Positions 1-11,311 of a DNA stretch of 64,000 nucleotides are shown in pieces. Source of the stretch: an uncultured Clostridiaceae bacterium (GTDB lineage: Bacteria; Bacillota; Clostridia; DUPQ01); contig CAZLVL010000008.1 of NCBI GenBank assembly GCA_964563155.1, positions 40,310 to 104,309 of the forward strand. The letters run 5' to 3'. How positions within the stretch are numbered: the first letter of the stretch is position 1; each line of letters starts with the position of its first letter. The position numbers and the translations under genes are program-made. The notes beneath the pieces are model-generated. The model searched no databases. It saw only the letters and a list, made by a program, of their open reading frames with translations, and was not told the origin of the DNA.

Positions 1-618
1 GTAAGAAGTATGACTGATGAAGTAGACTTACCCATAAGTGCTACCCACATACCCCATGATATGTTTGTAAATCACCTAGACCAAGTCATAAACAATCATA
101 AGATTCTAGCTTGTAAGTATGTAGGTTTAGGTTCTATGCCTAAAGAATATACAAAGAGCCCTAAAGACCTACAAATCTTTATAGACACCTATTCAAAAAT
201 CTCAGAGACTCTAGCAAAAGAAGACCTTCGTTTTGTATATCACAATCATAATTTTGAGTTTTTTAAATTTGATGACAAAACTATTATGGATATACTCTTA
301 GAAAACACTTCTAAAGACTTCTTTTTTGAACTAGACACCTACTGGGTACAAGCAGGTGGAGCAGACCCTGTAGAATGGCTAGAAAAGACTAAAGACCGCT
401 GTGACTACATCCACTACAAAGATATGGGAGTAAATAGAGACTTTAAAACCGTCTTTTTGCCCATAGGTATGGGAAATTTAAACTGGAAAAAGATTATTGA
501 TGCATCTATTAAGGCCAATGTTAAGTACTGTGCTGTTGAGTTGGACTCTTATGATGGTTCAGTTTTTGAAGCCTTAGATTCCTCATATAAGTACCTATCT
601 GCTTTAGGATTAAAGTAA
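1..618 (+). CDS. Sugar phosphate isomerase/epimerase (xylose-isomerase-like TIM barrel), 5'-truncated by window edge
   Basis: The reading frame is open from base 1 (V-R-S before the first ATG at 10). The YHNHNFEF and ELDTYW motifs are typical of AP-endonuclease-2/xylose-isomerase-like TIM-barrel enzymes. Confidence 0.7.
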   Translation, partial: VRSMTDEVDLPISATHIPHDMFVNHLDQVINNHKILACKYVGLGSMPKEYTKSPKDLQIFIDTYSKISETLAKEDLRFVYHNHNFEFFKFDDKTIMDILLENTSKDFFFELDTYWVQAGGADPVEWLEKTKDRCDYIHYKDMGVNRDFKTVFLPIGMGNLNWKKIIDASIKANVKYCAVELDSYDGSVFEALDSSYKYLSALGLK

Positions 619-756
619 ATATAAGAAATATAAAACGTTTAAAAAAATATAAGACTATTAAAAAAATTTAAAAATAATAAATAATAAATAATAGAAAATT
701 ATTTTCAGACATATTAGAGGAGGAACATTTAGTTACAGGCTAAATAGAAAAAGATT

Positions 757-1929
757 ATGCAAGTTGAACCATTAAGAATTGGAATTATAGGTTATGGAAA
801 TATAGCAAGAACACATATGGGCTTTTTTGATAAAAATGAAGTAGCCCATGCTAAAGTAACTGCCATATTTGATATAGATAAAGAAAAGGTAAAAGCTGTA
901 AAGGAAAAATACCAAGACCAAATAGCAGCTTTTGATAATGAAAAAGACTTTTTTGAATCGAAGTTGTTTGATGCAATAATAATTTGCACTCCCCACTATG
1001 ATCATCCCCATTATGCAATAAAGGGTTTTGAAAACAATTTACATGTTCTTTGTGAAAAACCTTCAGGAGTCTATACAAAGCAAGTTAGAAAAATGAACCA
1101 AGCCTATGAAAAGCATACTGACCTAGTGTTTTCTATGATGTATAACCAAAGAACCTCCCCTCTTTATTCTCAAGTGAAAAAGATAATGAACTCAGGAGAA
1201 ATGGGAGAAATTAGAAGGTGTGTTTGGATAATAACCGACTGGTTTAGGTCTCAAAGTTATTATGATTCAGGAGGCTGGAGAGCCACTTGGTCCCAAGAAG
1301 GTGGAGGGGTTTTACTTAATCAAGATCCCCATCAATTGGATTTATGGCAGTGGATTTGTGGTATGCCTACTAGGGTTAGAGCCTTTTTAGGCTTTGGAAA
1401 ATTTCATGATGTAGAAGTGGAAGACGATGTAACAGCTTATGTTGAATATGAAAATGGAGCAACCGGCGTATTTATTACTTCAACTGGAGAAGCTCCTGGT
1501 ACCAATCGTTTTGAAATATCCACTGATAGAGGAAAAATCGTTATTGAAAATAATAAGGTTGTAATACACAAATTAAAAGAAGACTTAAAAGAATTTATAA
1601 AGACATCTGAAAAACCCTTTGCTATACCTGAAATGGAGGTTATTGAATTAGATACAGACCTACCAGACCCAAAGCATAAGGGAATTTTGATTAATTTTGT
1701 AAATGCTGTTCTTTTTAATGAACCACTTATAGCTCCTGGACTAGAAGGTATATTGGGTTTAACCATTTCTAATGCCATGCATTTATCCCAATGGACAGAT
1801 TCTTGGGTAGACCTTCCTTTTGATGAAGACCTCTTTTATGAATTATTACAAAAACAAATAAAAGAGTCAGATTTTATTAAAAAACAGATTAAAGAGGTTG
1901 ATGCATCTGATATGGATTCTTCTTTTTAG
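757..1929 (+). CDS. Gfo/Idh/MocA family NAD(P)-dependent oxidoreductase
   Basis: N-terminal Rossmann motif IGIIGYGNIARTHM. EKP motif (CEKPSG) and conserved C-terminal alpha/beta domain. First ATG after an in-frame TAG at 745. Confidence 0.85.
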   Translation: MQVEPLRIGIIGYGNIARTHMGFFDKNEVAHAKVTAIFDIDKEKVKAVKEKYQDQIAAFDNEKDFFESKLFDAIIICTPHYDHPHYAIKGFENNLHVLCEKPSGVYTKQVRKMNQAYEKHTDLVFSMMYNQRTSPLYSQVKKIMNSGEMGEIRRCVWIITDWFRSQSYYDSGGWRATWSQEGGGVLLNQDPHQLDLWQWICGMPTRVRAFLGFGKFHDVEVEDDVTAYVEYENGATGVFITSTGEAPGTNRFEISTDRGKIVIENNKVVIHKLKEDLKEFIKTSEKPFAIPEMEVIELDTDLPDPKHKGILINFVNAVLFNEPLIAPGLEGILGLTISNAMHLSQWTDSWVDLPFDEDLFYELLQKQIKESDFIKKQIKEVDASDMDSSF

Positions 1930-3323
1930 TCTAGTCTTTTAATCCAGGTATATCTATTAAGTTTTATGGCGGCCACAATACATTTTAGTATTTGGTCGCT
2001 TTTTAATAGGATAAAGACCACTACAGGAGAAGCATTGAAATAAAAGGCAGCTAGAAAAGAAGAAGGAATAACAATAAGCCACATGAAAATTAAATCATTA
2101 ATTAAAACAAAGCTGGTGTCTCCCCCTCCTCTAACAATTCCAGTCAATCCAGACATTTCATAAGAGGTTCCCACAACCGTTATTGATAAGACAGTTATAA
2201 AAGCAAGGGCTAAATCCTTAGATTGGTCTGAAATGATATAAAAGCTCACCACAAGATGACGCAAGGAAAATAAGATTGCTCCAGTTACAAGACCTATTAA
2301 AACAAATATTAATTGCAAGGTAACATTGTAGGGCTTTATAAGGTCATTTTTCTTTTCACCAATAGTTTTAGAAATAATTATGGAAGAAGAACTAGCCCCT
2401 GCGTAGGCTACTACAGATATTATCTGAAAAAGTGTGATAGCTATACTGTTTGCAGTTATGACTACACCTCCCATATGGCCTAATATTGCAGTTTGTACTG
2501 CCATGGCAACACCCCATATGGCATTGGACAAAAAGACCGGTATTCCCCTTTTAAGAAAGGCTAAAAAGAGTTGAGCATCTCTTTTGAAAAAATCAAGAAT
2601 CTTGAACCGTACAGTTTTTTCAAAGACCAAAACATATATTAAAACCACAATAAGCTCTAAAATTCTAGATATTAAGGTTGCATATGCAGCCCCTCTTACC
2701 CCTAATTCAGCAAAACCAAATTTTCCAAATATGAGCATATAATTTAGGATAAGATTGGAAACTAAGGCCATAATGGAGATATAAAAACCTATTTTTGTTT
2801 TCTCAATACTTCTCATACTTACAATCAAAGAGGTGCTAAGGGCAAAAATGGGATAGGAAAAAGCTATAACCTTCATATATTCCACACCTGCACCTACTAT
2901 AGGTAATTCATCTGATAAAAGACCCAAGACCTGAAAAGGAAATAGATAAACTATAAGACCTAATAAAAAGGCAATTACAAAAGAGGTTTTTATTGAAATC
3001 CCAGTTATGTTTTTAATTGTCTTAAAATCTTTTGCACCCCAAGCTCTTGAAGCAAAGACCAAGGCCCCTTCTGCTATGCCCATAACCAACATTTGTAGCA
3101 AAAATTGTATTTGATTTACTAAGGCAACCCCAGCTAAACCTTGTTCAGAATATCTGCCCAACATAATACTATCAGCCATATTGACTGAAAAAGTTATAAG
3201 GTTTTGTAGAGCTAGTATGGCGGTTAGAGTAAAAAATATTTTATAAAATCCTTTATCTCTAACAATTAATGAGTTCTTAAACATATCTTTTTTATTATAA
3301 TGCAAAAAAATCACTTTTGTCAC
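1926..3323 (-). CDS. MATE family efflux transporter
   Basis: 465 aa with about 12 hydrophobic helices and MATE-like repeats. Convergent with, and overlapping by 4 bp, the upstream + strand gene. Confidence 0.85.
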   Translation of the reverse strand: MTKVIFLHYNKKDMFKNSLIVRDKGFYKIFFTLTAILALQNLITFSVNMADSIMLGRYSEQGLAGVALVNQIQFLLQMLVMGIAEGALVFASRAWGAKDFKTIKNITGISIKTSFVIAFLLGLIVYLFPFQVLGLLSDELPIVGAGVEYMKVIAFSYPIFALSTSLIVSMRSIEKTKIGFYISIMALVSNLILNYMLIFGKFGFAELGVRGAAYATLISRILELIVVLIYVLVFEKTVRFKILDFFKRDAQLFLAFLKRGIPVFLSNAIWGVAMAVQTAILGHMGGVVITANSIAITLFQIISVVAYAGASSSSIIISKTIGEKKNDLIKPYNVTLQLIFVLIGLVTGAILFSLRHLVVSFYIISDQSKDLALAFITVLSITVVGTSYEMSGLTGIVRGGGDTSFVLINDLIFMWLIVIPSSFLAAFYFNASPVVVFILLKSDQILKCIVAAIKLNRYTWIKRLD

Positions 3324-3403
3324 TTCATTAATACAAAAATAAATTCTATTATTAAGTCATTCTTTCAAGTACTAAAAAATATATTATTAAAAGGAGACCT
3401 CAT

Positions 3404-3742
3404 ATGGACATTAAATGCATTGGTATGAGAATCAGAGAAAAAAGAAGACAACTAAACATGACCCAAGAAGAACTATCTGCACTATCCCAAATCTCCCCTG
3501 CCTATATCTCAAGAATAGAAACTGGGGACCAAAACCTTACAGTGGAAACCTTGCAAAGAGTAGCAAGTTCCCTGGACATGGATATGCACTATTTACTGTC
3601 TGGTGTACAATGTGATAGCAAATATTGTGTGAAAAACATAGCAAAACTCAGTTCACCAAAACTAGCCTTCTATATGGAAGAAGTAATAAATGAATTGCTA
3701 AATGGTGGTCTAATGTGTGCTAAGTCTAGAGACCAGCTCTGA
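3404..3742 (+). CDS. XRE-family helix-turn-helix transcriptional regulator
   Basis: HTH_3 signature [34 protein letters not shown] 8 nt upstream. Divergent from the MATE gene. Its 3' end overlaps convergent hflX by about 33 bp. Confidence 0.8.
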   Translation: MDIKCIGMRIREKRRQLNMTQEELSALSQISPAYISRIETGDQNLTVETLQRVASSLDMDMHYLLSGVQCDSKYCVKNIAKLSSPKLAFYMEEVINELLNGGLMCAKSRDQL

Positions 3743-5440
3743 AGCAATTTCTATATCCATTGTTAAGCCACTTTCATTTTCCTTAACAGATAAAACATTT
3801 GCATTTTCATATATAAAAGACAAAAGTTTTCCGTTTGTGTGGCTTACTTCAACAGAAAGTTTAACAATATTGCTTTTTGTGGCCTCATCCATGAGGGCTA
3901 AGAGATTGTCTATTCCATAACCGGTGTAGCAAGAAATTTCAGTTCTAGGGTGTTTAGTATCAGCTAAAATAGTATTCGACACTATATCCGCCTTATTAAC
4001 CACCTCAATAACAGGAATCTCATTTACATTCAAGGTTTTCAAAATGGAATAGACTTCTTTTATGTGTCTATTGGCCTCTGGATTTGACCCATCAATAACA
4101 TGAAGTATGCAATCAGCATACCTTATTTCATCTAGGGTTGATTTAAAAGCCTCAATTAGTTTAATGGGAAGCTTTGCAATAAAGCCAACAGTATCTACAA
4201 TAATTACTTCCCTATTAGATGGAAGTTTAATATTTCTAACAGTGGGATCTAGGGTTGCAAACAACATATTTTCTACTAAAACACTGCTATCAGACAATAA
4301 ATTTAGAAGGGTGGATTTTCCAGCATTTGTATAACCAGCAATGGCAAAGGTAAAATGTTTTTTCCTGTGTTTACTTTGTCTTTGCTGGTCTCTTCTTTTT
4401 TCCACCTTATCAAGTTGCTCTTTTAGATAACTTATCCGTCTTCTAATATGTCTTCTATCTGTCTCTAGCTTTGTTTCACCAGGGCCTCTAGTTCCAATTC
4501 CCCCTCCTAAACGAGAAAGAATTAGACCTTTTCCAGATAGTCTAGGATAAATATACTCCAACATAGCTAATTCCACCTGAAGTTTACCTTCATTGGAAAG
4601 GGCCCTTTTAGCAAAAATATCTAGTATTAAGGCTGTTCTATCTAAAACCTTTAGACCCAGTTCATCTTCTAAATTTCTTTGTTGAGAAAAGGTTAATTCA
4701 TCGTCAAATATTATAGTATCTGCCTTTTTCTCAGAAGCTAAATGTAGTAGCTCTAATATCTTTCCTTTTCCAATATAGTAGGCAGAATCTTGCTCAGACC
4801 TGTTTTGAACCATGCTAGCTACACATATTCCACCAGCTGTTTCAATTAAAGCTTCTAGTTCATCCATGTGGGCTTGAGACCTAGAAAGGTTTAGGCCAAC
4901 AGCCACTACCCTTTCTTCTTTTACCTCTTCAACATGAAGTTGCTTTCTTTTAACTTGATTTTCAGCATTTAGCTGGTCCATAAAATCTTTAGTTTGAGAA
5001 ATATCCCTATAAGGGCCAAAGATTCTAGGCTCATTTTCAGCATCTATGTATGCACAATATAGGTACTCCATATAGCCTTCTAAATCTATGCTGACTGAAG
5101 CCATAGCATAAAGGCCAGTTGAAGATAAGGTATTTAAATCAATTTGAGAAAGATGTCCACTACCTTGGGGGTGGGTATGAATCATTCTACCTCCAGGTGA
5201 GTTGGAGTAATCTGCTTTAATACTCTGAAAATCTCCCACTACCACAGAAGAAACCCTATGCCTTCTATCTATAAAGACACCAACTTCTCTATTGTAGGTA
5301 TAAGAAACCTGACAGATTACATCTATCAGGTTTTGAGAACAAAAATGTTCTCCACTTAACTTCTCATCATATAAGAGTTCTAATATTTCTATTGTGTTTT
5401 TTCTTAGACCTTCAATATTTCCTTTTATATCTTTGCTCAT
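3710..5440 (-). CDS. hflX: GTPase HflX (long form with N-terminal extension)
   Basis: G1 motif [11 protein letters not shown] and G3 DTVGF. HflX-type N-domain with a glycine-rich loop. ATGA start/stop overlap with the upstream pmbA. Confidence 0.85.
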   Translation of the reverse strand: MSKDIKGNIEGLRKNTIEILELLYDEKLSGEHFCSQNLIDVICQVSYTYNREVGVFIDRRHRVSSVVVGDFQSIKADYSNSPGGRMIHTHPQGSGHLSQIDLNTLSSTGLYAMASVSIDLEGYMEYLYCAYIDAENEPRIFGPYRDISQTKDFMDQLNAENQVKRKQLHVEEVKEERVVAVGLNLSRSQAHMDELEALIETAGGICVASMVQNRSEQDSAYYIGKGKILELLHLASEKKADTIIFDDELTFSQQRNLEDELGLKVLDRTALILDIFAKRALSNEGKLQVELAMLEYIYPRLSGKGLILSRLGGGIGTRGPGETKLETDRRHIRRRISYLKEQLDKVEKRRDQQRQSKHRKKHFTFAIAGYTNAGKSTLLNLLSDSSVLVENMLFATLDPTVRNIKLPSNREVIIVDTVGFIAKLPIKLIEAFKSTLDEIRYADCILHVIDGSNPEANRHIKEVYSILKTLNVNEIPVIEVVNKADIVSNTILADTKHPRTEISCYTGYGIDNLLALMDEATKSNIVKLSVEVSHTNGKLLSFIYENANVLSVKENESGLTMDIEIASELVSRLSTH

Positions 5441-6777
5441 TATTCTCCTGCAAGGCTAATTTTTTTAATATACAAAGAAGGAGAACCAATATTTCCATTT
5501 GAACCAAAGGTCAAATCCTCTCCAACTTCCTCAATATCTTTTAGTAAATCAAAGTAATTTCCCGCTATAGTCACCTGTCTAAAGCACTTATCCTTCTTGC
5601 CATCTTTAATTGTATAACCTTTAGCTGGTAAAGAAAAGTCTCCACTTATGGAATTAAAGCCTGAGTGCAAGGCAGATACATCTGTTATGACTATTCCATC
5701 TACCATGAGTTTTTCTAACTCTTCTAAGCTTTTTTCTCCTTTTTTAAAGAAAAGATTGGTTGGTGTAATCCCAATAGTGCTCTTAACAGATCTAGAAGCA
5801 TTTCCTGTACTTTCTACCTTATCAATCTTAGCTGTCTTATTATTATGCAAATAGGTTTTTAAAACACCTTTTGAAATAACTTCCTTGTATTTGGTTGCCA
5901 CCCCTTCTCCATCAAAAGATGAGGTACCAGATTGGCCAGGTAAAAAAGGATCATCTACTAAAGTAACCTTATCTGAGGCTACCTCTGTATTTAGTTTTCC
6001 CTTCATGTATGAAAGTCCCTTTTGCACAGCTCTAGCTGAAAAACAAGAATTAACTGTAGCTAAAATATCTGATGAAACCTCATTTAGGATAATAGCCTTG
6101 TATTCATTTGACTTAATAGGTTTAGTGCCTAAAAAGGAAATGGCCTTGTCAACAGCTTCTTTTGCTATTTTTTCAGGGTCAAATAAAGAGAAATCTTTTT
6201 CAAAACAATAGGCAAAGCCATCGCTTAAGTCCTCTTTATCCTGAGCTAGTACCTGTAAAAAGCAATATACACCATTTGATTTATCTTCTAGGTCTAAGCC
6301 TAAACTATTAACCAAAGATCCCTTTGAAGAACCTGAGCCAAAAACACAATAGGGAGTGGATTTAACTCTTGGGTCTAAAGACTTGGCTATTTCTTCCATT
6401 TTTAAGGCAAAGTCTATTTTTTCTCTAATTTCGATCTTGTCCAATTCTGGAAAATAGTTGTCTACCTCTTTGTATTCACTAGAACCAGCAAATATTTCAT
6501 CCTTATCCTTATTATCATTAATCTGGGCATTTTGCTTTGCCTCTCTTAAAAGGATTCCAATTGAATCATCTGCCAACTTTTCTGTATAAGAATAGCCAAT
6601 TTGACCTTCATAGTCTCCTCTAAAGCCCATGCCCTTAGAGTCAGTCACCTTGTAGCTATCAATCTCTTGCTTATATATCTTAACCTCAAAGGCATTACTT
6701 TCACTGGTAATTACCTCCATGTTGGTAAAGCCCATAGATTTTCCTTCTTCAAATAATTTATCTATAAGTTTTTTCAT
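5440..6777 (-). CDS. pmbA: TldE/PmbA family metallopeptidase partner subunit
   Basis: 445 aa PmbA/TldD-fold protein lacking HExxxH. Immediately follows tldD (stop/start adjacent). Confidence 0.8.
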   Translation of the reverse strand: MKKLIDKLFEEGKSMGFTNMEVITSESNAFEVKIYKQEIDSYKVTDSKGMGFRGDYEGQIGYSYTEKLADDSIGILLREAKQNAQINDNKDKDEIFAGSSEYKEVDNYFPELDKIEIREKIDFALKMEEIAKSLDPRVKSTPYCVFGSGSSKGSLVNSLGLDLEDKSNGVYCFLQVLAQDKEDLSDGFAYCFEKDFSLFDPEKIAKEAVDKAISFLGTKPIKSNEYKAIILNEVSSDILATVNSCFSARAVQKGLSYMKGKLNTEVASDKVTLVDDPFLPGQSGTSSFDGEGVATKYKEVISKGVLKTYLHNNKTAKIDKVESTGNASRSVKSTIGITPTNLFFKKGEKSLEELEKLMVDGIVITDVSALHSGFNSISGDFSLPAKGYTIKDGKKDKCFRQVTIAGNYFDLLKDIEEVGEDLTFGSNGNIGSPSLYIKKISLAGE

Positions 6778-8157
6778 TTATCTTCCTCCAACTGTAATTT
6801 TCTTAACCCTAAGAGCAGGTTGACCTACATTTGTAGGTATAGAACCTGAAACAGAACCACACATTCCTTGTTCCATACTGAAATTATCAGCAACCATATC
6901 AATATCCTTTAAGATTTCATGTCCCTTGCCTATTAAGGTAGCTCCTCTTACAGGCTCAGCAACTTTTCCGTCTCTTATCATATAACCTTCTGTAACAGCA
7001 AAGTTAAACTCTCCTGTACCTGGATTAACAGAACCACCACCCATTTGCTTGGCATAAAGGCCAAAATCAGTGGCAGCAATAATATCTTCTCTCTTGGATT
7101 TTCCTGGAGCAATAAAGGTATTGTTCATTCTTGAGGTTGGAGCAAACCTATAGTTTTGTCTTCTTCCAGAACCTGTTGATTTCATGCCCATCTTTTTACC
7201 ATTAAAGTTGTCGATTAAATAGCTTTTTAAAACTCCATTTTCAATTAATACATTTCTTTGTGTAGGTGTTCCCTCATCATCAATATTCAAGGTTCCCCAT
7301 TCATTTGCTAAGGTTCCATCATCTATGGCAGTAACAATAGGATTAGCTATCATTTCACCTAATTTACCAGAAAATACTGAGTCACCCTTTGCCACAGAAG
7401 TTGCCTCTAGGCTATGGCCACAAGCTTCATGGAAGATTACTCCACCAAAACCATTATCTATAACAACTGGGAAGTTTCCAGCCTTACAGTAGCCTGCAAA
7501 GGCCATGGTTTTTGCAGTTTTTGCAGCCCTATGAGCATGGTGTTCTAGGTCTAAGTCTCTAATAAATTCAAAACCCTTGTGAGCTCCTGGGCCAGAAAAG
7601 CCTGTTTGCATTTCCCCATTATTCTCTGCTACAGCAGATATAACAAAGCGGTTGTAAACCCTGGTATCTTCTTTTAACAAGCCATCAGTGTTGGCAATTA
7701 AGACCTTTTGAATCTTATCCATATGAGATACAGAAACTTGCTTTATGCACTCATCATAGTTTTTAGCTAAAGTATATGCCTTTTTTATGTATTCTAATTT
7801 TTCTTTCTTTTCTATTGTGTCTGGCATCAGCTCTATAAAGTTTCTGTTTGTTACCAAACCTTTAGTTAAGTTAATAACCAAGTCCTTCTTTTGTGATGCT
7901 AGAGCATCTGCTCCTTTTAAGGCAGTAGCTATCATGTCTTCTTTTTTGTGACCATTGGTATAAACATAAACACTGTTTAGACCCTTAATAACCCTAATGC
8001 CTATACCAAAATCTCTACCAGATTGGGTGGTCTCCACTTGGTTATCCACAAAATTAATTGAACTTGCAACAGTATCATCTAAAAAGATTTCAGCAAAATC
8101 TGCACCCTTGCTGACTGCAGCGGTTAGAACATCGTATATCGTATTTTTATCCAGCAT
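6778..8157 (-). CDS. tldD: TldD metalloprotease
   Basis: 459 aa with the HEACGHSLE (HExxxH) zinc site characteristic of TldD. AAGGTG SD 8 nt upstream. Confidence 0.85.
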   Translation of the reverse strand: MLDKNTIYDVLTAAVSKGADFAEIFLDDTVASSINFVDNQVETTQSGRDFGIGIRVIKGLNSVYVYTNGHKKEDMIATALKGADALASQKKDLVINLTKGLVTNRNFIELMPDTIEKKEKLEYIKKAYTLAKNYDECIKQVSVSHMDKIQKVLIANTDGLLKEDTRVYNRFVISAVAENNGEMQTGFSGPGAHKGFEFIRDLDLEHHAHRAAKTAKTMAFAGYCKAGNFPVVIDNGFGGVIFHEACGHSLEATSVAKGDSVFSGKLGEMIANPIVTAIDDGTLANEWGTLNIDDEGTPTQRNVLIENGVLKSYLIDNFNGKKMGMKSTGSGRRQNYRFAPTSRMNNTFIAPGKSKREDIIAATDFGLYAKQMGGGSVNPGTGEFNFAVTEGYMIRDGKVAEPVRGATLIGKGHEILKDIDMVADNFSMEQGMCGSVSGSIPTNVGQPALRVKKITVGGR

Positions 8158-8368
8158 ATTTGCACCTTCTTTCCATAATACTTAAATTATACACAAAAGG
8201 AAGACCTATATGGGATGTTTTTTTCAGTTTTCCATATTTCAACTAGAAGTTAAAAGATAATATTAAAAAATTAAAGAGAGAAATAAATAAAATCATATGA
8301 TAAGAAAAACCAAAGGTAAAAATAATATATGATTTTTATCAATTGCTTTAGTCATTATCTGAATTCCA

Positions 8369-8397
8369 TTGAATTTTTCTTACTTTTTTGCTAATAT
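8369..8397 (+). promoter_or_regulatory. Sigma-70-type promoter (TTGAAT-17-TGcTAATAT extended -10) for the downstream secreted-protein gene
   Basis: -35 TTGAAT at 8369-8374, 17-nt spacer, TG at -15/-14 and -10 TAATAT at 8392-8397. About 20 nt upstream of the SD AGAGGTGG. Confidence 0.5.
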
Positions 8398-8415
8398 CAA
8401 TTACTAGAGGTGGAT

Positions 8416-9411
8416 ATGAAAAAGAACTTTTTTCTGACAATAATTCTTATTCTTCTTTTGTTTTACACAATGGGAATAAATGGACAAATTGTTGAAACAT
8501 ATTTTGTAGAAGGAGAATTGTTTGAAGGTGGGGATATTTACTTTGTAAATGCTAAGATTGAAAAAAACAATGAAAGTGTAGGCGAATTCTACTTAACCTA
8601 TTTTTCATCAGACTACTTTTCTGAACTTTCACTTACCCAATTAAATAATGATTTATCAGAATTATGGAAAAGCCATATAAGTATAAATGAAACTAAAAAA
8701 AATCTAGTCTCCTATCAAAAACCCAATGAGAATACATATTTTGTTTCAACTAATCCTTCTTTTAGCTTAAATGAAGCTATTGTTTTAGGAGCAGAAGAAC
8801 TTTATGGCTTTACCAACATTACAATAGTGGATACCTTACATATTGATAACCTAAGCATTTTAAGTTCTAACCTTTCCAATGAAGATGGTCATGTTAACTA
8901 TAACAATGATACTAACCAACTTATAGCAGAATATACTTATGAGATTACTGATTATATAGAGTTCTTATTAGAAAACGGCCAAGAAAAAGAATATGTCTTT
9001 AGAACCTTTGATTTGGTAAGCTATAATCTGGTAGGCCTAGAAGTAACCTTAAACTATGTAGATAGCCCAAAACCTAGCCCTGAACCTACACCCACACCTA
9101 CCACAAGTCCAGAGCATTCTCCGACACCCACAAATAGCCCACAACCTTTACCGTCTGCTACTGTAAGCCCTAGCCCTTCTCCTAGCCCATCTCCTAGTCC
9201 AGCACCTTCACAAGTTATTGAAGATCCAGATAAAGAAGATAAAGATGACAATAATGACAATAGTAACTTACCTACTAATGGAAAAGAAAGTGTAGATTCT
9301 GATTATAAGGTGCCAGATAGATATGAAAACCTTTGGATTTTTATTACCTTACAAGTTGCCATAGTCTTGCTTGTAATTGCAATTATAATTTCACAAAGAA
9401 AGAAAAACTAA
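8416..9411 (+). CDS. Secreted/membrane-anchored hypothetical protein with Pro/Ser/Thr-rich linker
   Basis: The ATG at 8416 gives a signal-peptide-like N-terminus ([16 protein letters not shown]); the track's GTG start at 8410 is unlikely. About 70-aa SPxP/PSPSPS low-complexity linker. C-terminal hydrophobic helix followed by QRKKN. Confidence 0.75.
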   Translation: MKKNFFLTIILILLLFYTMGINGQIVETYFVEGELFEGGDIYFVNAKIEKNNESVGEFYLTYFSSDYFSELSLTQLNNDLSELWKSHISINETKKNLVSYQKPNENTYFVSTNPSFSLNEAIVLGAEELYGFTNITIVDTLHIDNLSILSSNLSNEDGHVNYNNDTNQLIAEYTYEITDYIEFLLENGQEKEYVFRTFDLVSYNLVGLEVTLNYVDSPKPSPEPTPTPTTSPEHSPTPTNSPQPLPSATVSPSPSPSPSPSPAPSQVIEDPDKEDKDDNNDNSNLPTNGKESVDSDYKVPDRYENLWIFITLQVAIVLLVIAIIISQRKKN

Positions 9412-11294
9412 TCAGTTGAATTCATGAATAGCCATTTTGAATAAAGATTTTCCAGCTCAAAATCCATTTGAGCTTTTTTTTCGCTTAAAGTTATTAACAG
9501 TTGATAATCACTAGTATTTTCATTTATCTCTTCTTCTAGATTTTGAAGGTCCTCTTCTAGTTTTAAGATATCTTCTTCTAAAATTCTTAATTTTAGGCTA
9601 TTTACCCTTTTTGCCTTTTTATTTTCAATAAGTTTCCTATCTTTATCTTTATCTTTACTTCTAACTACTTCTTTTTCAAGAAGATCCTCAACTTGCTCAA
9701 ATTGCTTTTTCATTAAGTAGTAATCATAGTTACCCTTGTAAATACTAAGTTTTCCAGCTTTAAGCTCAAATATTGAGCTAGCAAACTTATTTATGAAATG
9801 TCTGTCATGAGAGATAAAGATGATGCTCCCTCCAAAAAGGCCCAAGGCTTCTTCAACCTGTTCTCTGGCAGGAATATCCAAATGATTTGTAGGCTCATCT
9901 AGAATTAGAAGATTTACCCCTTTTTGCATTTGTAAAAGTAGCCTTAATCTACTTCTTTCACCCCCAGACAAATCCTTTAGCTTTTTATATACATCATCTT
10001 TGGTAAATAGAAATTTACCAGCTAAGTTTCTAGCTGATTGCAAGGTAAAATCAAGGTTTAAGCAAATGGTCTCTAGTATATCCAGATTTTCATTTTCAAA
10101 CTTTATTTCTTGTTCTAAATATGCATAGTTTATGGACCTAGGCTTTTTAACACTACCTTCATCAGGCTCTACTAGGCCTAGTAGTATTTTAATTAAGGTA
10201 GTCTTTCCTGCCCCATTTGGTCCTATGACTCCTATTCGGTCACCACTTCGCATAGTAAAGGAAATATCTTCGAATAAGAGTTTATCTTTATATTTCTTTT
10301 TTATATTGCTGACATAAAAGACTTCCTTTGCAGTTTTTTCCTTTTCTAAAAAATGCATTCGTAAATCTTTTTCGTTGATAGGCTTATCTGTTAGGTCCAT
10401 CCTTTCCATCCGCTTTTCTAGGTTAAGAGCCTTTTTAATGGAAGCTTCTGTTCCGTAGTTTCTCATTTTAAGGGCGGTTTCTCTCATTCTTTTTAGTTCT
10501 CTTTCTTGTCTTTCATAGAGCTTAAGGTCTCTTTCTTTATCCATATCCCTTTGAAGCACAAAGGCAGAGTAGTTTCCCTTATAGTCTTTTATAAGTCCTT
10601 GCTCTAAATAGAAAACTCTAGAAGCTGTATTATCTATGAAGTAACGGTCATGAGAGATGTATATAACACTACCCCTATAGGCCTTTATGAAGTCTTCTAA
10701 CCATAGACAAGCATCAGTATCTAAATGGTTGGTAGGCTCATCCAGGAGCAAGAGGTCTGGCTCTCTTAAAAGAACCTGGGCTAGCATAACCATAGTTAGC
10801 TCTCCCCCGCTTAAATGCTTAGCAGGTTGAGAAAGTATATGAGAAGAGATATTTAGACCGGTTACCACCTTTCCAAACTTTTCATTCATATTGTAGCCTT
10901 CTAAAAATTCAAACTTTTCAGAAAGCTTGCCATACTTACTTACTAAATCCAGATTATCTGGATCTTTTGCCATTTCATGAGAAAGCTTTTTCATTTCCTC
11001 TTCTATTTTTTTAATAGGAATAAAGGCTTGATAGATAAGGTCTTTTCCACTTAGATCTCCTAAGTTTTTGTTTAATTGCTTAAGGTATCCAATGTTTAGT
11101 CCTTTTTCCACATAGACCTGCCCTGAGTCAGGATTTAAAAGAGAGACTATTAGGTTAAAAATTGTTGTTTTACCTGAACCATTTCTTCCAATTAGACCAA
11201 TTTTTTCTCCTTGGTGCATCTCAAAAGAAAGGTCCTTTAAAACCTCAAACCCTCCATAACTTTTATATACATTTTCAAACCTTACAACTGCCAT
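9408..11294 (-). CDS. ABC-F family ATPase (tandem ABC domains, no TMD)
   Basis: Two Walker A sites ([18 protein letters not shown]) and two LSGGE signatures. Inter-domain linker and C-terminal coiled-coil tail (Uup/EttA-like architecture). Confidence 0.85.
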   Translation of the reverse strand: MAVVRFENVYKSYGGFEVLKDLSFEMHQGEKIGLIGRNGSGKTTIFNLIVSLLNPDSGQVYVEKGLNIGYLKQLNKNLGDLSGKDLIYQAFIPIKKIEEEMKKLSHEMAKDPDNLDLVSKYGKLSEKFEFLEGYNMNEKFGKVVTGLNISSHILSQPAKHLSGGELTMVMLAQVLLREPDLLLLDEPTNHLDTDACLWLEDFIKAYRGSVIYISHDRYFIDNTASRVFYLEQGLIKDYKGNYSAFVLQRDMDKERDLKLYERQERELKRMRETALKMRNYGTEASIKKALNLEKRMERMDLTDKPINEKDLRMHFLEKEKTAKEVFYVSNIKKKYKDKLLFEDISFTMRSGDRIGVIGPNGAGKTTLIKILLGLVEPDEGSVKKPRSINYAYLEQEIKFENENLDILETICLNLDFTLQSARNLAGKFLFTKDDVYKKLKDLSGGERSRLRLLLQMQKGVNLLILDEPTNHLDIPAREQVEEALGLFGGSIIFISHDRHFINKFASSIFELKAGKLSIYKGNYDYYLMKKQFEQVEDLLEKEVVRSKDKDKDRKLIENKKAKRVNSLKLRILEEDILKLEEDLQNLEEEINENTSDYQLLITLSEKKAQMDFELENLYSKWLFMNSTD

Positions 11295-11311
11295 TTTATA
11301 CTTTCTCTTTA

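Noticed and set aside
772-1078. Three minus-strand ORFs (79, 65 and 75 aa) inside the Gfo/Idh/MocA gene
   Set aside because: They lie antisense within a well-supported coding region. They are low-complexity and hydrophobic, typical of AT-rich antisense frames. They have no SD sequence.
8158-8409. Small peptide genes upstream of tldD as candidate TldD/E substrates
   Set aside because: Only 17-20 codon hydrophobic frames, with no SD, were found on the relevant strand. They are indistinguishable from chance in AT-rich DNA.
9054-9260. Minus-strand 68-aa Gly/Ser/Leu-rich ORF, and apparent nucleotide tandem repeat CCTAGCCCATCT
   Set aside because: This is the reverse complement of the PSPSPS linker of the secreted protein. 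The repetition is a coding low-complexity segment, not a CRISPR or VNTR locus. It lacks the uniform repeat-spacer structure of a CRISPR array.
9226-9300. LPTNG as a sortase cell-wall sorting signal
   Set aside because: Position 4 is Asn rather than Thr. The motif is separated from the hydrophobic segment by about 17 polar residues, so it is unlike canonical LPxTG signals. No sortase gene is in the window.
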